A stretch of 64,000 nt of DNA from positions 2,813,779 through 2,877,778 of the forward strand of contig MU058718.1 of NCBI GenBank assembly GCA_013265495.1. Reading direction: 5' to 3'. Positions 53,496 through 64,000 of the stretch are shown in pieces. The notes under the pieces were generated by a model. It was not told the DNA's origin. It saw only the letters and a program-made list of their open reading frames with translations, and searched no databases. The first letter of the stretch is position 1. Every line of letters starts with the position of its first letter. The stretch is from Vicugna vicugna (Eukaryota). Both the position numbers and the translations under genes were made by a program.

Positions 53496-53951
53496 TGTTA
53501 ATGAAAAAAATATTTAAGACACTTGTTAAAGATTCAAACCATTGTGAGGCCACAGGGATCACTGCAAAGGGATTTTACAGTTGGGGAGAGAAACTGGACT
53601 TGAGGCAAGTGGGAATTTATAGTCAAGGAGCAGGGTGGGAAGGGTCAGCGGATAGAAAATTACTAAGAGGAAACACTAGGGATAAAGGGGGTTCTGGCTA
53701 CACTGACCTAACGAGATTCTTCCTGAAAGTAGGCCAGGGTGATCAGACAACACCTGTGGGATGGTGAAGGATGAGGGACCTGATCTAATATCCAAGGTGG
53801 TCAGTTAGTTAGCAAGGGTGGGGGTAGGGTCTGGTTAAACTGATTCGGCAGGGTTCTCTGTAAAACTAGATTTTACAAGGCAGCGCACAAATGGCCTAGG
53901 GGAAGTTTCAGGAGCCTGAGTAAAGTTTGGTCAAGCAAAGAATCTTTGTCA
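53496..53951 (-). mobile_element. MER31-like ERV1 solo LTR
   Basis: Reverse complement begins tgacaaagattctttgcttgaccaaactttactcaggctcctga, matching the MER31 start as I recall it; TG...CA termini. Confidence 0.8.
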
Positions 53952-56754
53952 CCAGGTTGCAAATGGGGGTGAGGGTGGGGGAAATAGCACAGAATAGGAA
54001 TCAAGGGCCTGGACTTGGAGTCATACATATCTCATTTTGAATCCTATTGCTCCTATGAATGTTAGCTAGAAACCAAACCAGTCATTTTAACAGAAAAGAC
54101 TTTAATAGAGGCAATTGATTAAAAGGGTCTCAGAGACCTGAAAAGGTAAAGAGGAAACACTGGGATATCAGAGACATAGTAACCTTAGAAAGCAGCACCT
54201 GCCCCCAGAATAGAGAGAAGAGGATGAGGTTATGAGAACCTGGGGGCCCAGAGTAGGACCCTTTATAACTGGGACCTGGGTCTCTGGGAAGGAGGTGCCC
54301 CTTGATGCTGGTATTTCTGAGGGGCTGGTTCTAGGAATGTGGAAAACTTCTGCTGCTGAGGTGAAAAGCCATTACTGGCCCCTTCTCCCTCATCCAGCCT
54401 TAAAGTCTCCTTCTAACGTGCCCACCAAGAGCCACGGACAAAGGAGAAACGTGGTTTGCAGAGTCCCAGCCTGAGCATCGCACAGCAGAGCAGAGGAAGT
54501 TTTGAAACAGAAAGGAATTGTCTAACCACCAGTAAAATGGCCTTACGTAAATGACATACCTCTTGAAGCCTCAATTCCTCTAGGTGAAGGATTAACCTCT
54601 CAAGGCTATTGTAAGGATTAAATGACTGATGGATACAGATCACTCAGTAACTGTTGACAGTAGCTTCAGATCTGGCTACATCTTGGACACCCCATCTTCA
54701 GCCTCACTTCTGCAGCCAGAGGGTGACCAGGAAAGAGAGAAGGAAAGCTGGAAAGAGGAGAGAAGAAAGAAGATGAGAAAGGGAATGTGACAGGTAGCCA
54801 GGCATGCGTAGCCACGCATATGTAGCCACTTTTAAGGGAGGGGTTTACCACCACCACAGAGAAGGGCCAAAGCCCTGTGGACCATCCCTGGGAAGGCTTT
54901 TCCCACTTTGAACAAATTACATGCTCCAAGAACTTTTAATGAGTCCTGGGCTGGGGTGTGTGTTATGATTTCTGCAAAATCATGGGAACGAATAAGTGTA
55001 GCCAGAGGTATGTGATCATTTTCTAAAACGTGAAAGCTCAGTGGCTTGGCAAAGGATGACAGCAGGAGTCTTAACGAGTTAGACCACAAATTAATCCTGC
55101 CTTGTTTCTCCTTTAACTGTTTTTTCCCCTGTGTCTTTGGCTGGCTCCAGCAGCTGTTCCAACTGCGTAATTAAGTCATTTCTAGGATTGCTGAGCAGCT
55201 GGGTCAGTACTCCATGTTCTAGTGATCGCTGGCTGCCAGGTTGAAGCTTAAATTAATATTCTGAACAGTTATCGAATTTAGGCTGCCCCATCTTCATGGA
55301 AGCTGGCAACCGGAAATGATACTGGTATTTAGGCTTCTACTTTGATCAATACATTCAAGGAGGGATAAAATTTAGAGCCAGCCTGATACTGTCAGTCATA
55401 GCTCTTAGACTTGCTGTTGATGTGAAAAATAAGGCTTAATTTGGTCCAAGGAACTGAAAATGTTACTGTTCACTCTGTCCTAGATGGGCAGGACCATCAT
55501 CACCCCACCACACTGATGTGTCTCCCCTGCCTGTAGGCCTCATTTCCTTCCTGGATAATAAATGTAAATTCCCTATCTTGCAAAAGGGCCACGTTCTGGA
55601 AGTGTAAATTGAAATATGCTGGCTGTATAAACTTATGAAATTAGTTTTGCTGGAGGAAGAAACCTTAATTAAAGAGCTGCTTTGAAATAAGGAAGAGTAA
55701 TAAAGCATTTTTCATTATGGTCACCTTGGCACCAACCACATTCGCTTTAAAGACCGAATTTCTATTTTCCTTATTTAATAGATGACTTGGATTAGCTTTC
55801 CCAACAGGTTCATTTCCAAAAAGTTAATGAAGTCAAGCTAAGTATATATGGTAAATCATTAGGGTTTCTGCTTAGAACCACCAATGTCCCACAGTCCTGG
55901 ATTCTACTTTCTGTTTAGGGATGAGATGAGATTTATCAGAAAAATTAATCCCTTTCACACTAAATGGCTGCATCCTCTATATTAGGAAATTATTGAACTT
56001 CAGAACCTCAGAGGAAACAGCACCTTCTCCATCTCCTCCAAATGAGTAAGCTTGACAGAAGATCAGGTTTTTTGTGACTTTCCACGATGAAGAACTGAAC
56101 AAAAGCCATAGATACAGTGTATGAGAATCAAAACTTGGGAATTAAAAAGCTGATGTGTGGTAACCTCTCAGCAGCGAGTAGGGGACAGGGTACTAAGCAT
56201 TTACGGAAGGCAGTAACAGGGAATAAAACTTAACTTTTACAGAATCCTTCTTTTAAGGGGAAACTATACCCACACTTTCTTACATGAGGCTTCTTAAGGA
56301 AAGAGCACAGCTTTTGGGGTCAAAGGCCTGGGTTTGTTAGTCTGCCATTGCCAGTCAGAATGAAATACAGGGTCTAGATTTACAATTCCTGCCTAAAACA
56401 ATAAAAAGGAACTAGGAAAAAATGAAACAATGTTTTTCAAACTATAAGCATTAGGAAACAAAAAAGAATTGTGACTCTTGAGACACGAACCCAATTTTAA
56501 AAATGGGCAAAAGATTTGAACAGGCATTTCACTAAGGAAGATATATGAATGGCTAACGAGCACAGGAAAAGACACTTATCATCATTAATCATCAAGGAAA
56601 TGCAAATTAAAACCACAATGAGATACTGCTACTTACTTAACAGAATGTATAAAATGAGGAAGACTGACCATACCAAGTGTTGACAAGGATGTGGAGAAAC
56701 TAACTCTCATACACTGCTCATCTGTAAAATGAACGCGTACTCTAGAAAACAGTT

Positions 56755-57063
56755 TGCAGTAGAGAATAACCTTTGTTTTGTTTGGAACACTATGACCTAG
56801 CCCATGGGGATAACCCATGCTGCAAGAACAAAGAACGCCTGCAGCAAGGGGACTACAACAATCAACCACACCCCCTCCCTTATTTTTTGTACAAAAGGAG
56901 CCTGTATTCTGACTAGAGCAGGATGGTTCTCCAAGACATTAGTCTGCCATCCTCTCCATCTGCCGGCTCTCCGAATAAAGTCACTATTCCTTGCCCCAAC
57001 ACCTTGCCTCCCGATTTATTGGCCTGTCGTGCGGTGAGTAGGAAAAGTTTGGACTCGGCAACA
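56755..57063 (+). repeat. 5' LTR
   Basis: tgcagtagagaataacc...aataaagtcactattcc...ggactcggcaaca; homologous to 62242-62553. Confidence 0.95.
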
Positions 57064-57067
57064 ATTT

Positions 57068-57086
57068 TGGCAAAGCCAGCCAGAAG
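57068..57086 (+). promoter_or_regulatory. Primer-binding site, tRNA-Arg(ACG)-like
   Basis: TGGCAAAGCCAGCCAGAAG versus TGGCGAGCCAGCCAGGAG (complement of the tRNA-Arg-ACG 3' end), 4 nt after the LTR. Confidence 0.8.
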
Positions 57087-57477
57087 CCTTGCTGCTCGTG
57101 GCCAACCAGGCCCGTTTGGGGAATTTTCAGGTGAGGCCCTAGCAGCTGCCAGGACCACCTGTCCTGAGGATCTTCCCTTCAAAATTCCCTCAAGTGGCAC
57201 CTGCTGCAGCGCTTGGCAGTTGGAGCAAGGAATCGACATTTGGGAGCGGACGGGCTCCATATAGTAGGGTAAGTCGCTGGTGTGTACAGCCAGGAACTTT
57301 TCTCCTCTCCATTTGGGCTTTTTCTCTGGAATGAGCTGATTTGTTTTTGAGGGGTACCCCAACGGCGAGAGGAAATAGTTGTTGGACTTTTGCCCTATTT
57401 GGAACCGGTTCATTTGTTTCTTCGGATGCTAACATTTGTGTTTTGTTTGTCTTGTATTCTTGTATTAAAAAAAAAAG

Positions 57478-57920
57478 ATAGGGAACATTTCAACTATCCC
57501 TAAAGAAGGTTCTTTGAGGCACACTTTGAAGAAGTGGTCTGATTACACGCAGCTATGAACCCGTGCGTAAGGGAAAGATGACCTCAGTTTTGTGTTTAGT
57601 CATGTTATACTTTGTTTGTGTTTTTGGTATTGGGGTTTATTTGCGCCTTTTGTGTCTTATTGTTCTTAAACTTATAGATGTGGGAAATACTCCATCTGTC
57701 CCTAAGGAAAGCCCTTTGGGGCGTGTTTCAAATAAATGGGAAAATATAGCAGTGAGCATCTGACTAAGAAAAAGATGGCATTTTACTGTAATACTGCTTG
57801 AGTGGTGTACACTTTAGGCTCTGAGGAACGCTGGCCTGGAAATTACTAAACCATTCTCCAGCTAGAACTGTTTTGCCAGAGAAAAGGTAACAAGAAGAAA
57901 TACCATATATACAAGCCTTT
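57478..57920 (+). pseudogene. gag: Degenerate gag matrix remnants (two tandem N-termini)
   Basis: IGNISTIPKEGSLRHTLKKWSDY (from 57478) and VGNTPSVPKESPLGRVSNKW...LTKKKMAFYCNTA*...ERWP..NY*TILQLELFCQRKG..EEIPYIQAF (57680-57920), resembling class I ERV Gag matrix; stops and frameshifts present. Confidence 0.85.
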
Positions 57921-60152
57921 ACGAATTCCCATGATGAGGAGGGTAATGACTGACAGGGCCCGGGGCTCTTAGCCATTTTAAAGACCCCTATAACAATTGC
58001 CACCCAAGAGCCTTAGTTACCACTGACAGTGGGGTCTCAACTAGTGGACTTTGTAACTTCTAAACTTCTATCCCAGTACCGAGGATTCAACAGCTGTTAT
58101 GACCTCTGGAATGCAAATTTTGAAAAAGGGAGTAATTGGGAAACAAATAGAATTCTTAAATGTCTTCCACAGAAGTTATTAAAAATGTTTAGCTATCTAG
58201 TCAGGCAACTTTAATTTGTTCTATCTGCCAAAAACCCAATTTGAATACAACCTCTTGTAACTGATGAGTCTTACACTGTTGTATCTGACTCATAGCTAAA
58301 AGTTTAAAATGGGAACTATGAAGTCTCTGTGTTTGTGTGTTTGTATGTACCTATGTGTGTGTTGTAGATATGTGGTATTGCCAAAATTAATTTGCAAAAG
58401 AACTCTGTTTAATTGGCTTAAAGAAAATTAAATGCTTATATAAATACTCAGAAATATAAAAGAAGCTGGCCAGAATGAAAATTGGGTTCATGTGATCAAA
58501 AAGATTATTCAGTACTGAACTGATACCTGGTATTTGAAGCTAGCTTAAGCCTATTGGTTTAATTAATATAGACATGTCTCAAGATTCATTAATGTTAAGC
58601 ATAAAACTTCTGTTGTACTTAGGTTTAATAGAAGTCCAATAAGACATTGTCACATCTGTTACAAATTTGTCAGCAAGAAGAACAACTTGGAATAATATTC
58701 TTGTAAGTAACTTAAATGCAAATGAGAAAGAGCTTTTGGGTAAACTTTTAAGGAATGATTATTTCAGGAATGTCCACTCAAATGATCTCCCCAGATATTT
58801 GGTAACTTAAAATTATAGAGTTTTGCTAAATTAAGTTCAATTATGGAAGTTTATTAAATACCTAGGTCATTTTCAGATAAAATATCAAAACACTAATTGC
58901 TGAATATTGACTTCCTCTTACAGATAAACTAAAGATATTTAGAAATAAATATTAACAAATGTTTGGTGCCACCCTAAAATATTCTTTACTACTAAGGGAA
59001 ACATCTCAGTATGCTAGGAAAGAAAGATGAATGCTTTCAGTGAAAGAAGGTATAAGGAATAGAATTACATTTTGTTAATGAAAAAAAGAGTGACTGTCCT
59101 AAAGCTAGTTGCTTCTGAATGAAAAAGAAAATAAGAGACAAAATAATATAGATAGAGAAAATTGTAAAAGGTTTGTGAAAGAGAAACTCCAAAAAAAAGA
59201 ATTTGGCACATGGTCAGGATTGGCTAAATTTAAAGTAAATTTAGTTGATTAAATAAATCTTAAAAGCAAGCTGGTACAAGATGACTAGATTTGGTTCTCA
59301 GAGAACAAAGTTATCTTAAAATGTTAATCTTCTTTTAGTAACAGTTTGTAAAGTTTCTTTTACCCCTTAAGTAATCTGTTCTGTATTTACCCTTGAAATA
59401 CTTTTATTATTAATATGTACTGTTTCACAGTGACCTATACTTTTATCTGACCAAGTATTTTGAAACTTTTTAACAAGCTTCCCAAATATAAAAATTTTAA
59501 TCAGAATTCTTTTGGCCTCCAGCTAAATCTGGGATGCTTCAGAGGGTTCCTGAAATATCCCAGAGATTTTAAACTAGTAAGTTTCATTTGGTATGTTAAA
59601 CAGCATGGGAAGTATTGTTAAATGAATAATAAATCTCCCTAGGTTACATTGTATGAAAAATATTATTAATATAGATATTCTAGAAATTATATAGAATCCT
59701 TAAAAATCTGGTATGTCTGAAATGTTACCAGTCATAATTCTGGTTATTGTGACCAGGTCTCTTTATCGATTACCGTGTAACTAGGTGCTTAACCATGCTT
59801 TTAAGTCTTTTGTCATTTTTAGACAGTTATTGTTTTATTCTGATGCTTTTGCAAAATGCTTTTTCTTCAAGGAGATTTACTGGTTTCTAATTTCAAACTA
59901 TAGCACTGAACTAAATTGGGTAAGAAGTTTTAAAAGTTCGATGGAAACTGATTTCATAAAACTGTTAACAAAAAAAAAGGATTAGTTACATGGGACTGAG
60001 TAAACTGATGGATATGGTTATAATTTTTGATTTTGTCTGAAATATAGCTGGCTTTTAATCTGAGTTCTCCAGATATAAAGAAGTCCTTCTTCTCAAGCTA
60101 ATTATGACTTACAGCAGTTTGGTAAACTAGACCTTTGTAAGCACCTAATGAA

Positions 60153-60269
60153 AGTTCTTGGCTTAAATTCTCACTTATGACCTTACTAATACTACTAACT
60201 ACATTATTTGTATTTTGCCTGTTTTACAAAATTGTTGTTTCTTATATTACCAATTGTGTGACTGAGTGA
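60153..60269 (+). pseudogene. env: env TM membrane-anchor remnant 1
   Basis: Translates SSWLKFSLMTLLILLTTLFVFCLFYKIVVSYITNCVTE*, a Trp-preceded hydrophobic span like an Env anchor. Confidence 0.55.
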
Positions 60270-61080
60270 CTAGGTAACTTAAAACAACAGATCAGATACA
60301 TACTTCTGTATGAGACCAATGATTGTAATAGTGTGACTCTAGGTATGGGAAAAAGCAACAAGAAGAAATATTCTCCTGGACCATAACAGACTAGTAAGAC
60401 AGGTGGTCCAGAGACTTTTTACTACTGTTAATAAGGCCTAGTCCCATAATAGCACATTGAGTGACCTGTCAATAAAAATCCTCGCCTGACCTAAGAATAA
60501 GCATTCCTAAAACCGTGGGACAAAATGGTCATGTCAAACCATGGTCAAATGTCTGATCATGAGGCCACTCGCCATCTGCCTCTACAAGGATTGGATCCCG
60601 TTGGCACTTGACATCTACCTTTGCTTGGATTAAATCACGAGCCGCTGCAGCCGCTGACCTCCAACCCTCCCTGAAAGGAGTTCAGGGTGGAGATCAGGAA
60701 TGAGGCACTCTGTGCTCTGAGAAAATTGGCTGAACAGGCCTTCAGATAGTTAGATATTCTCAGGAAAATATTTTATGAGCCCAAATTTTTGCATCACCTT
60801 ATATCTAGAAAAGCACTAAAATCACTAATGGTAACATCTACTTTGGCCATTAAGGAGAAAAATGCATTTGAAAATCAAGATGGAATAACCATAATTCAGA
60901 CATCCAAGGTAAAATTAGGTAACCAATGTAGATGTGACTTCAGACGAGTTTCTGCATAGCTGAGAACTTGAGTGTTCTGAGCGGTGTCAAAATTAGAATG
61001 CCACCAGCCATTCTCAAAGCAGTATCTGCTGGCAACTTGTAGCTACAAACTTATGGGTTTAAGTTCTCCTCTTGTAGTTA

Positions 61081-61365
61081 ATGAGTTTCTGGATTCATAC
61101 TGCCTGCTGTACTTCTCTTCCAGATGAATCCAGGAACATCATAACTGCCCTGGAGGACATTAAACAACAAGTATATAATGTAGGGGATTCAGAAGCATAT
61201 GTGCAAAAAGTTCCAACCCAAGTTAATACCTGGTTTTCTGGTCTATTTTCATGGGTACCCCAAGGTCTCAAATCCATTCTTATAGGAATTCTACAGTTTC
61301 TGTTATCACTTTTGTTAACAGGAGTTTATATATATCTAATACTTAGACTGTTTTCCATTGTGTGA
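61081..61365 (+). pseudogene. env: env TM C-terminal remnant 2, open 94-aa ORF
   Basis: ACCTSLPDESRNIITALEDIK (end of a CX6CC-like motif plus heptad), WFSGLFSW membrane-proximal region, hydrophobic anchor ILIGILQFLLSLLLTGVYIYLIL. Confidence 0.8.
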
Positions 61366-62241
61366 TGTGTGGGAAACGAGCAGCTAAGGCTCTTCTGAAC
61401 ACCCAGCCACATGGCAAGATCAGGTTCACTCATTCCATTTCAAGAGCCCCGAAACGACACCGTCATTCAGCAGGAACATGACACCCATCTCCCTATTTCC
61501 ATAGAAATAGAATAAGAGAAACTGACAGTGGGAATTTTGAAGGAGGATTAATAAAATGGCTGTACTTATGCTAACAGATTGCTTATTCTTATGATAGCCT
61601 TTAAAAAGGTCAACTGACCTGATTGACTGGTTGCTACTCACAATTACAGGTCCATTGTTAAAACTAAAGCTATTGATCTTACTGTTTCTACTTTATTCCA
61701 GTAATCAAAAGCTATAATCATGCTTGGTTTCTTGAGTCATCTCCAGGGAGAAGGTCACAGGACTTTAACCTTACAAAATAGCCTGAATTACCAAGAAGAC
61801 CACACTTTGGGTGCTTATATGATAAAGAGATGGAGATGGAAAGAGTGACAACCGCTAGCCTCTATAAAACTGGGCGCCTGGAGGCATCATGACACCATTC
61901 TAAGTCTTCTGATGAACTAAATAGCAGAAGAATCTAGTGTAATTATGGTACAGTGGGAAAAATTAACATTAATAGATATGTATGGGGAACTAGAACCAAA
62001 ACTCCAAGTTCAACAAAGTACCAAGGAGTTTTATTGAAATCAAATAGTTTCAAGTAAAGAGAAAGAGAAAAAAGAGAGATTATACTACTGACTAAAGATG
62101 CCCAGGAATGTTCCCTGACCAAGGCTGATCAATTCCATTCCATAATCATCCCCTTCTTGCCCCTTTTCAGCAGGAAGTAGCCAGAGGGGTAGTCGCCCCC
62201 TTTCCCACAAGATTGTGGAATGGACATTGACAGTGGGGAAT

Positions 62242-62553
62242 TATAGTAGAGAATAACCTTTGTTTTGTTGGAGGTTTACAGGGACACCATGACCTGGCCC
62301 ACGGGGATGGTTGCAAGAACAAAGAATGCCTGCAGCAAGAGGATTACAACAATCAACCACACCCCCTCCCTTATTTTTTGTACAAAAGGAGCCTGTATTC
62401 TGACTAGAGCAGAATGGTTCTCCAAGACATTTGTCTGCCATCCTCTCATCTGCCGGCTTTCCGAATAAAGTCACTATTCCTTGCCCCAACACCTTATCCC
62501 CCGATTTATTGGCCTGTCATGCAGTGAGCAGAACAAGTTTGGACTCGGCAGCA
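62242..62553 (+). repeat. 3' LTR preceded by PPT (acagtggggaat, 62230-62241)
   Basis: tatagtagagaataacc...ggactcggcagca; roughly 90% similar to the 5' LTR by eye. Confidence 0.95.
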
Positions 62554-63442
62554 AGTTTAGCTACTTAAAAAGTTAGACATATACCTATCATAGAACCCAG
62601 ATATTCCACTTCTAGATCTTTACCTAAAAGCAATGAAAGCCTACATCCACTACAAGGACTGGCACATCAGTTTCACAGCAGTGTTATTCATAATAGCCCC
62701 AAAATAGAAACATCCAAATTTCCATCACCAAGGGAATGGTTAAATTGTGGTATATCCATATAAGGGACTATTCCTCAACAATAAAAAAAGAATGAACTAC
62801 TGACACATACCACAACATGAATGAATCTCAAGATAAATACATGGCAAGAACAAAGTGAGACAAAAATGAATGCATATTGTATGTTTCCATTTATATAAAA
62901 ATCTGTATAAAATGAAAACTAGAGTGACAGAAGGCACGTTGCCTGGGGAAGGCAGTGTGGGGTTGGGGAAGCGGGAGGGATTCCAAAGAGGCCTGAGGGA
63001 GTTAATGGAGATAATGAATACGTTCATTATCTTGATTGTGGTGATGGTCTCACCATTTCATACACATCAAAACATACTAAATTTTACTTTAAATATATGC
63101 AGTCTATTGTAGGTCAATTATACTTCAATAAAGTTGTTTTTTTTTTTCAAAGCCTGTGTTCCAGTCAGTTGAATGATCTCGAACTCATTTCTTCACCTCT
63201 CTGAACCTGAGCTCCCTCAGGGGTCAAATAGAGACTCTAACAATAAGCCTCTCACAACCACAAGGAATTGTATTGGGTGAGACCCTGTAGCAACAGCCCT
63301 TAGAGAAGCAGTAAGTACATCAGGCCGGGAGACCATCGTGTCCTCTCTGTAAAGGACTTCATTTTCCTATTAATCTTGCAGACAGTGTTCTCTCTCAGAT
63401 ATGTTGTATCTTTCATATTCGGAAATCGAAGGATGTGATTTT

Positions 63443-63762
63443 TGAAGCTGTAATGAAGAATAACTTTTGTTTTGTTGGAAGTTTACCGGGACACCATGAC
63501 CTGGCCCACAGGGATGGCTGCAAGAACAAAGAATGCCTGCAGCAAGAAGTCTGCAACAACCCACCACACCCCCTACCTTGATTTTTTGTATAAAAGGAGC
63601 CTGTATTCTGACTAGAGCAGGATGGTTCTCCAAGACATTAGTCTGCCATACCCTCGGTCTGCTGGCTTTCTGAATAAAGTCGCTATTCCTTGCCCCAACA
63701 CCTCGTCTCCCGATTTATTGGCCTGTCGTGTGGTGAGCAGAATTAGTTTGGACTTGGCAACA
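63443..63762 (+). mobile_element. Solo LTR of the same ERV1 family
   Basis: tgaagctgtaatgaagaataac...aaaaggagcctgtattctgactagagcagg...ggacttggcaaca; flanks atttt / atttg form an imperfect TSD; no PBS follows. The 5' boundary could be 63449. Confidence 0.9.
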
Positions 63763-64000
63763 ATTTGTGGTTCAATCTCTTAAAATGCCTTTGTAAACAA
63801 AATCAGATAGGGAGAAATGAGAACACATGGGGGATTAGAAACAACAGTCCAGCATCTGCAGCTTTGTTGAGCGCTCAGGTACAAATTAGGCTTCCCCAGT
63901 AATCAAAGCACGTAAGTTCAAGCCATCCAGCCTATGTGTGCCCCCCGCCCCCATTCACATGACACAAATTATAAAAAGTAAATAAATTAAAAAAATAAAG

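Larger units (their letters stand above)
56755..62553 (+). mobile_element. Non-autonomous class I (ERV1) provirus, about 5.8 kb
   Basis: Paired LTRs, AGTT TSD (56751-56754, 62554-62557), PBS, polypurine tract (PPT), gag and env remnants, AT-rich spacer, no recognisable pro/pol. Confidence 0.93.
56480..63135 (+). mobile_element. Old L1M 3' end split by the provirus (pieces 56480-56754 and 62554-63135)
   Basis: ...tctagaaaacagtt | provirus | agtttagctacttaaaaagttagacatatacc... rejoins a continuous L1 sequence. Confidence 0.88.

Noticed and set aside
56804..57413. Overlapping ORFs of 77-166 aa on both strands
   Set aside because: They lie in the GC-richer LTR and leader of the provirus and are not retroviral proteins.
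1..64000. CRISPR arrays, operons or other prokaryotic systems
   Set aside because: The sequence is mammalian (L1, L2, MIR, MER, ERV); no regularly spaced repeat-spacer array or dense coding is present.

Overview
Repeat-rich, non-coding mammalian DNA, probably camelid (camel/alpaca/llama). That assignment is inferred from two tRNA-Ala-derived Vic-1-type SINEs, a recurring young L1 3' UTR, and no recognisable Alu, B1 or Bov-A SINEs. I recognise no intact host protein-coding gene; nearly all listed ORFs are chance frames or repeat fragments. Main structures: (1) a complete but non-autonomous class I endogenous retrovirus (56755-62553) with paired LTRs, AGTT target-site duplication (TSD), tRNA-Arg primer-binding site (PBS), two gag-matrix remnants, no recognisable pol, and a mosaic 3' region holding a 94-aa env-TM ORF right behind a splice acceptor; (2) a related solo LTR just downstream; (3) a class II-type solo LTR with a perfect 6-bp TSD inside a young, internally deleted L1; (4) a TSD-flanked insert of non-repeat sequence with a polyA signal (retrocopy or orphan transduction) inside an old L1; (5) a 2.2-kb near-identical duplication around a 52-N gap, probably an assembly artefact; (6) a promoter/enhancer-like block at about 8.9-9.8 kb with three RFX X-boxes and paired ETS sites; (7) two short paralogous segments near the left edge that both encode EDWIKFPQPPI and differ only by synonymous changes and an in-frame indel. 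Repeat family names and old-repeat boundaries come from visual recognition and are approximate.
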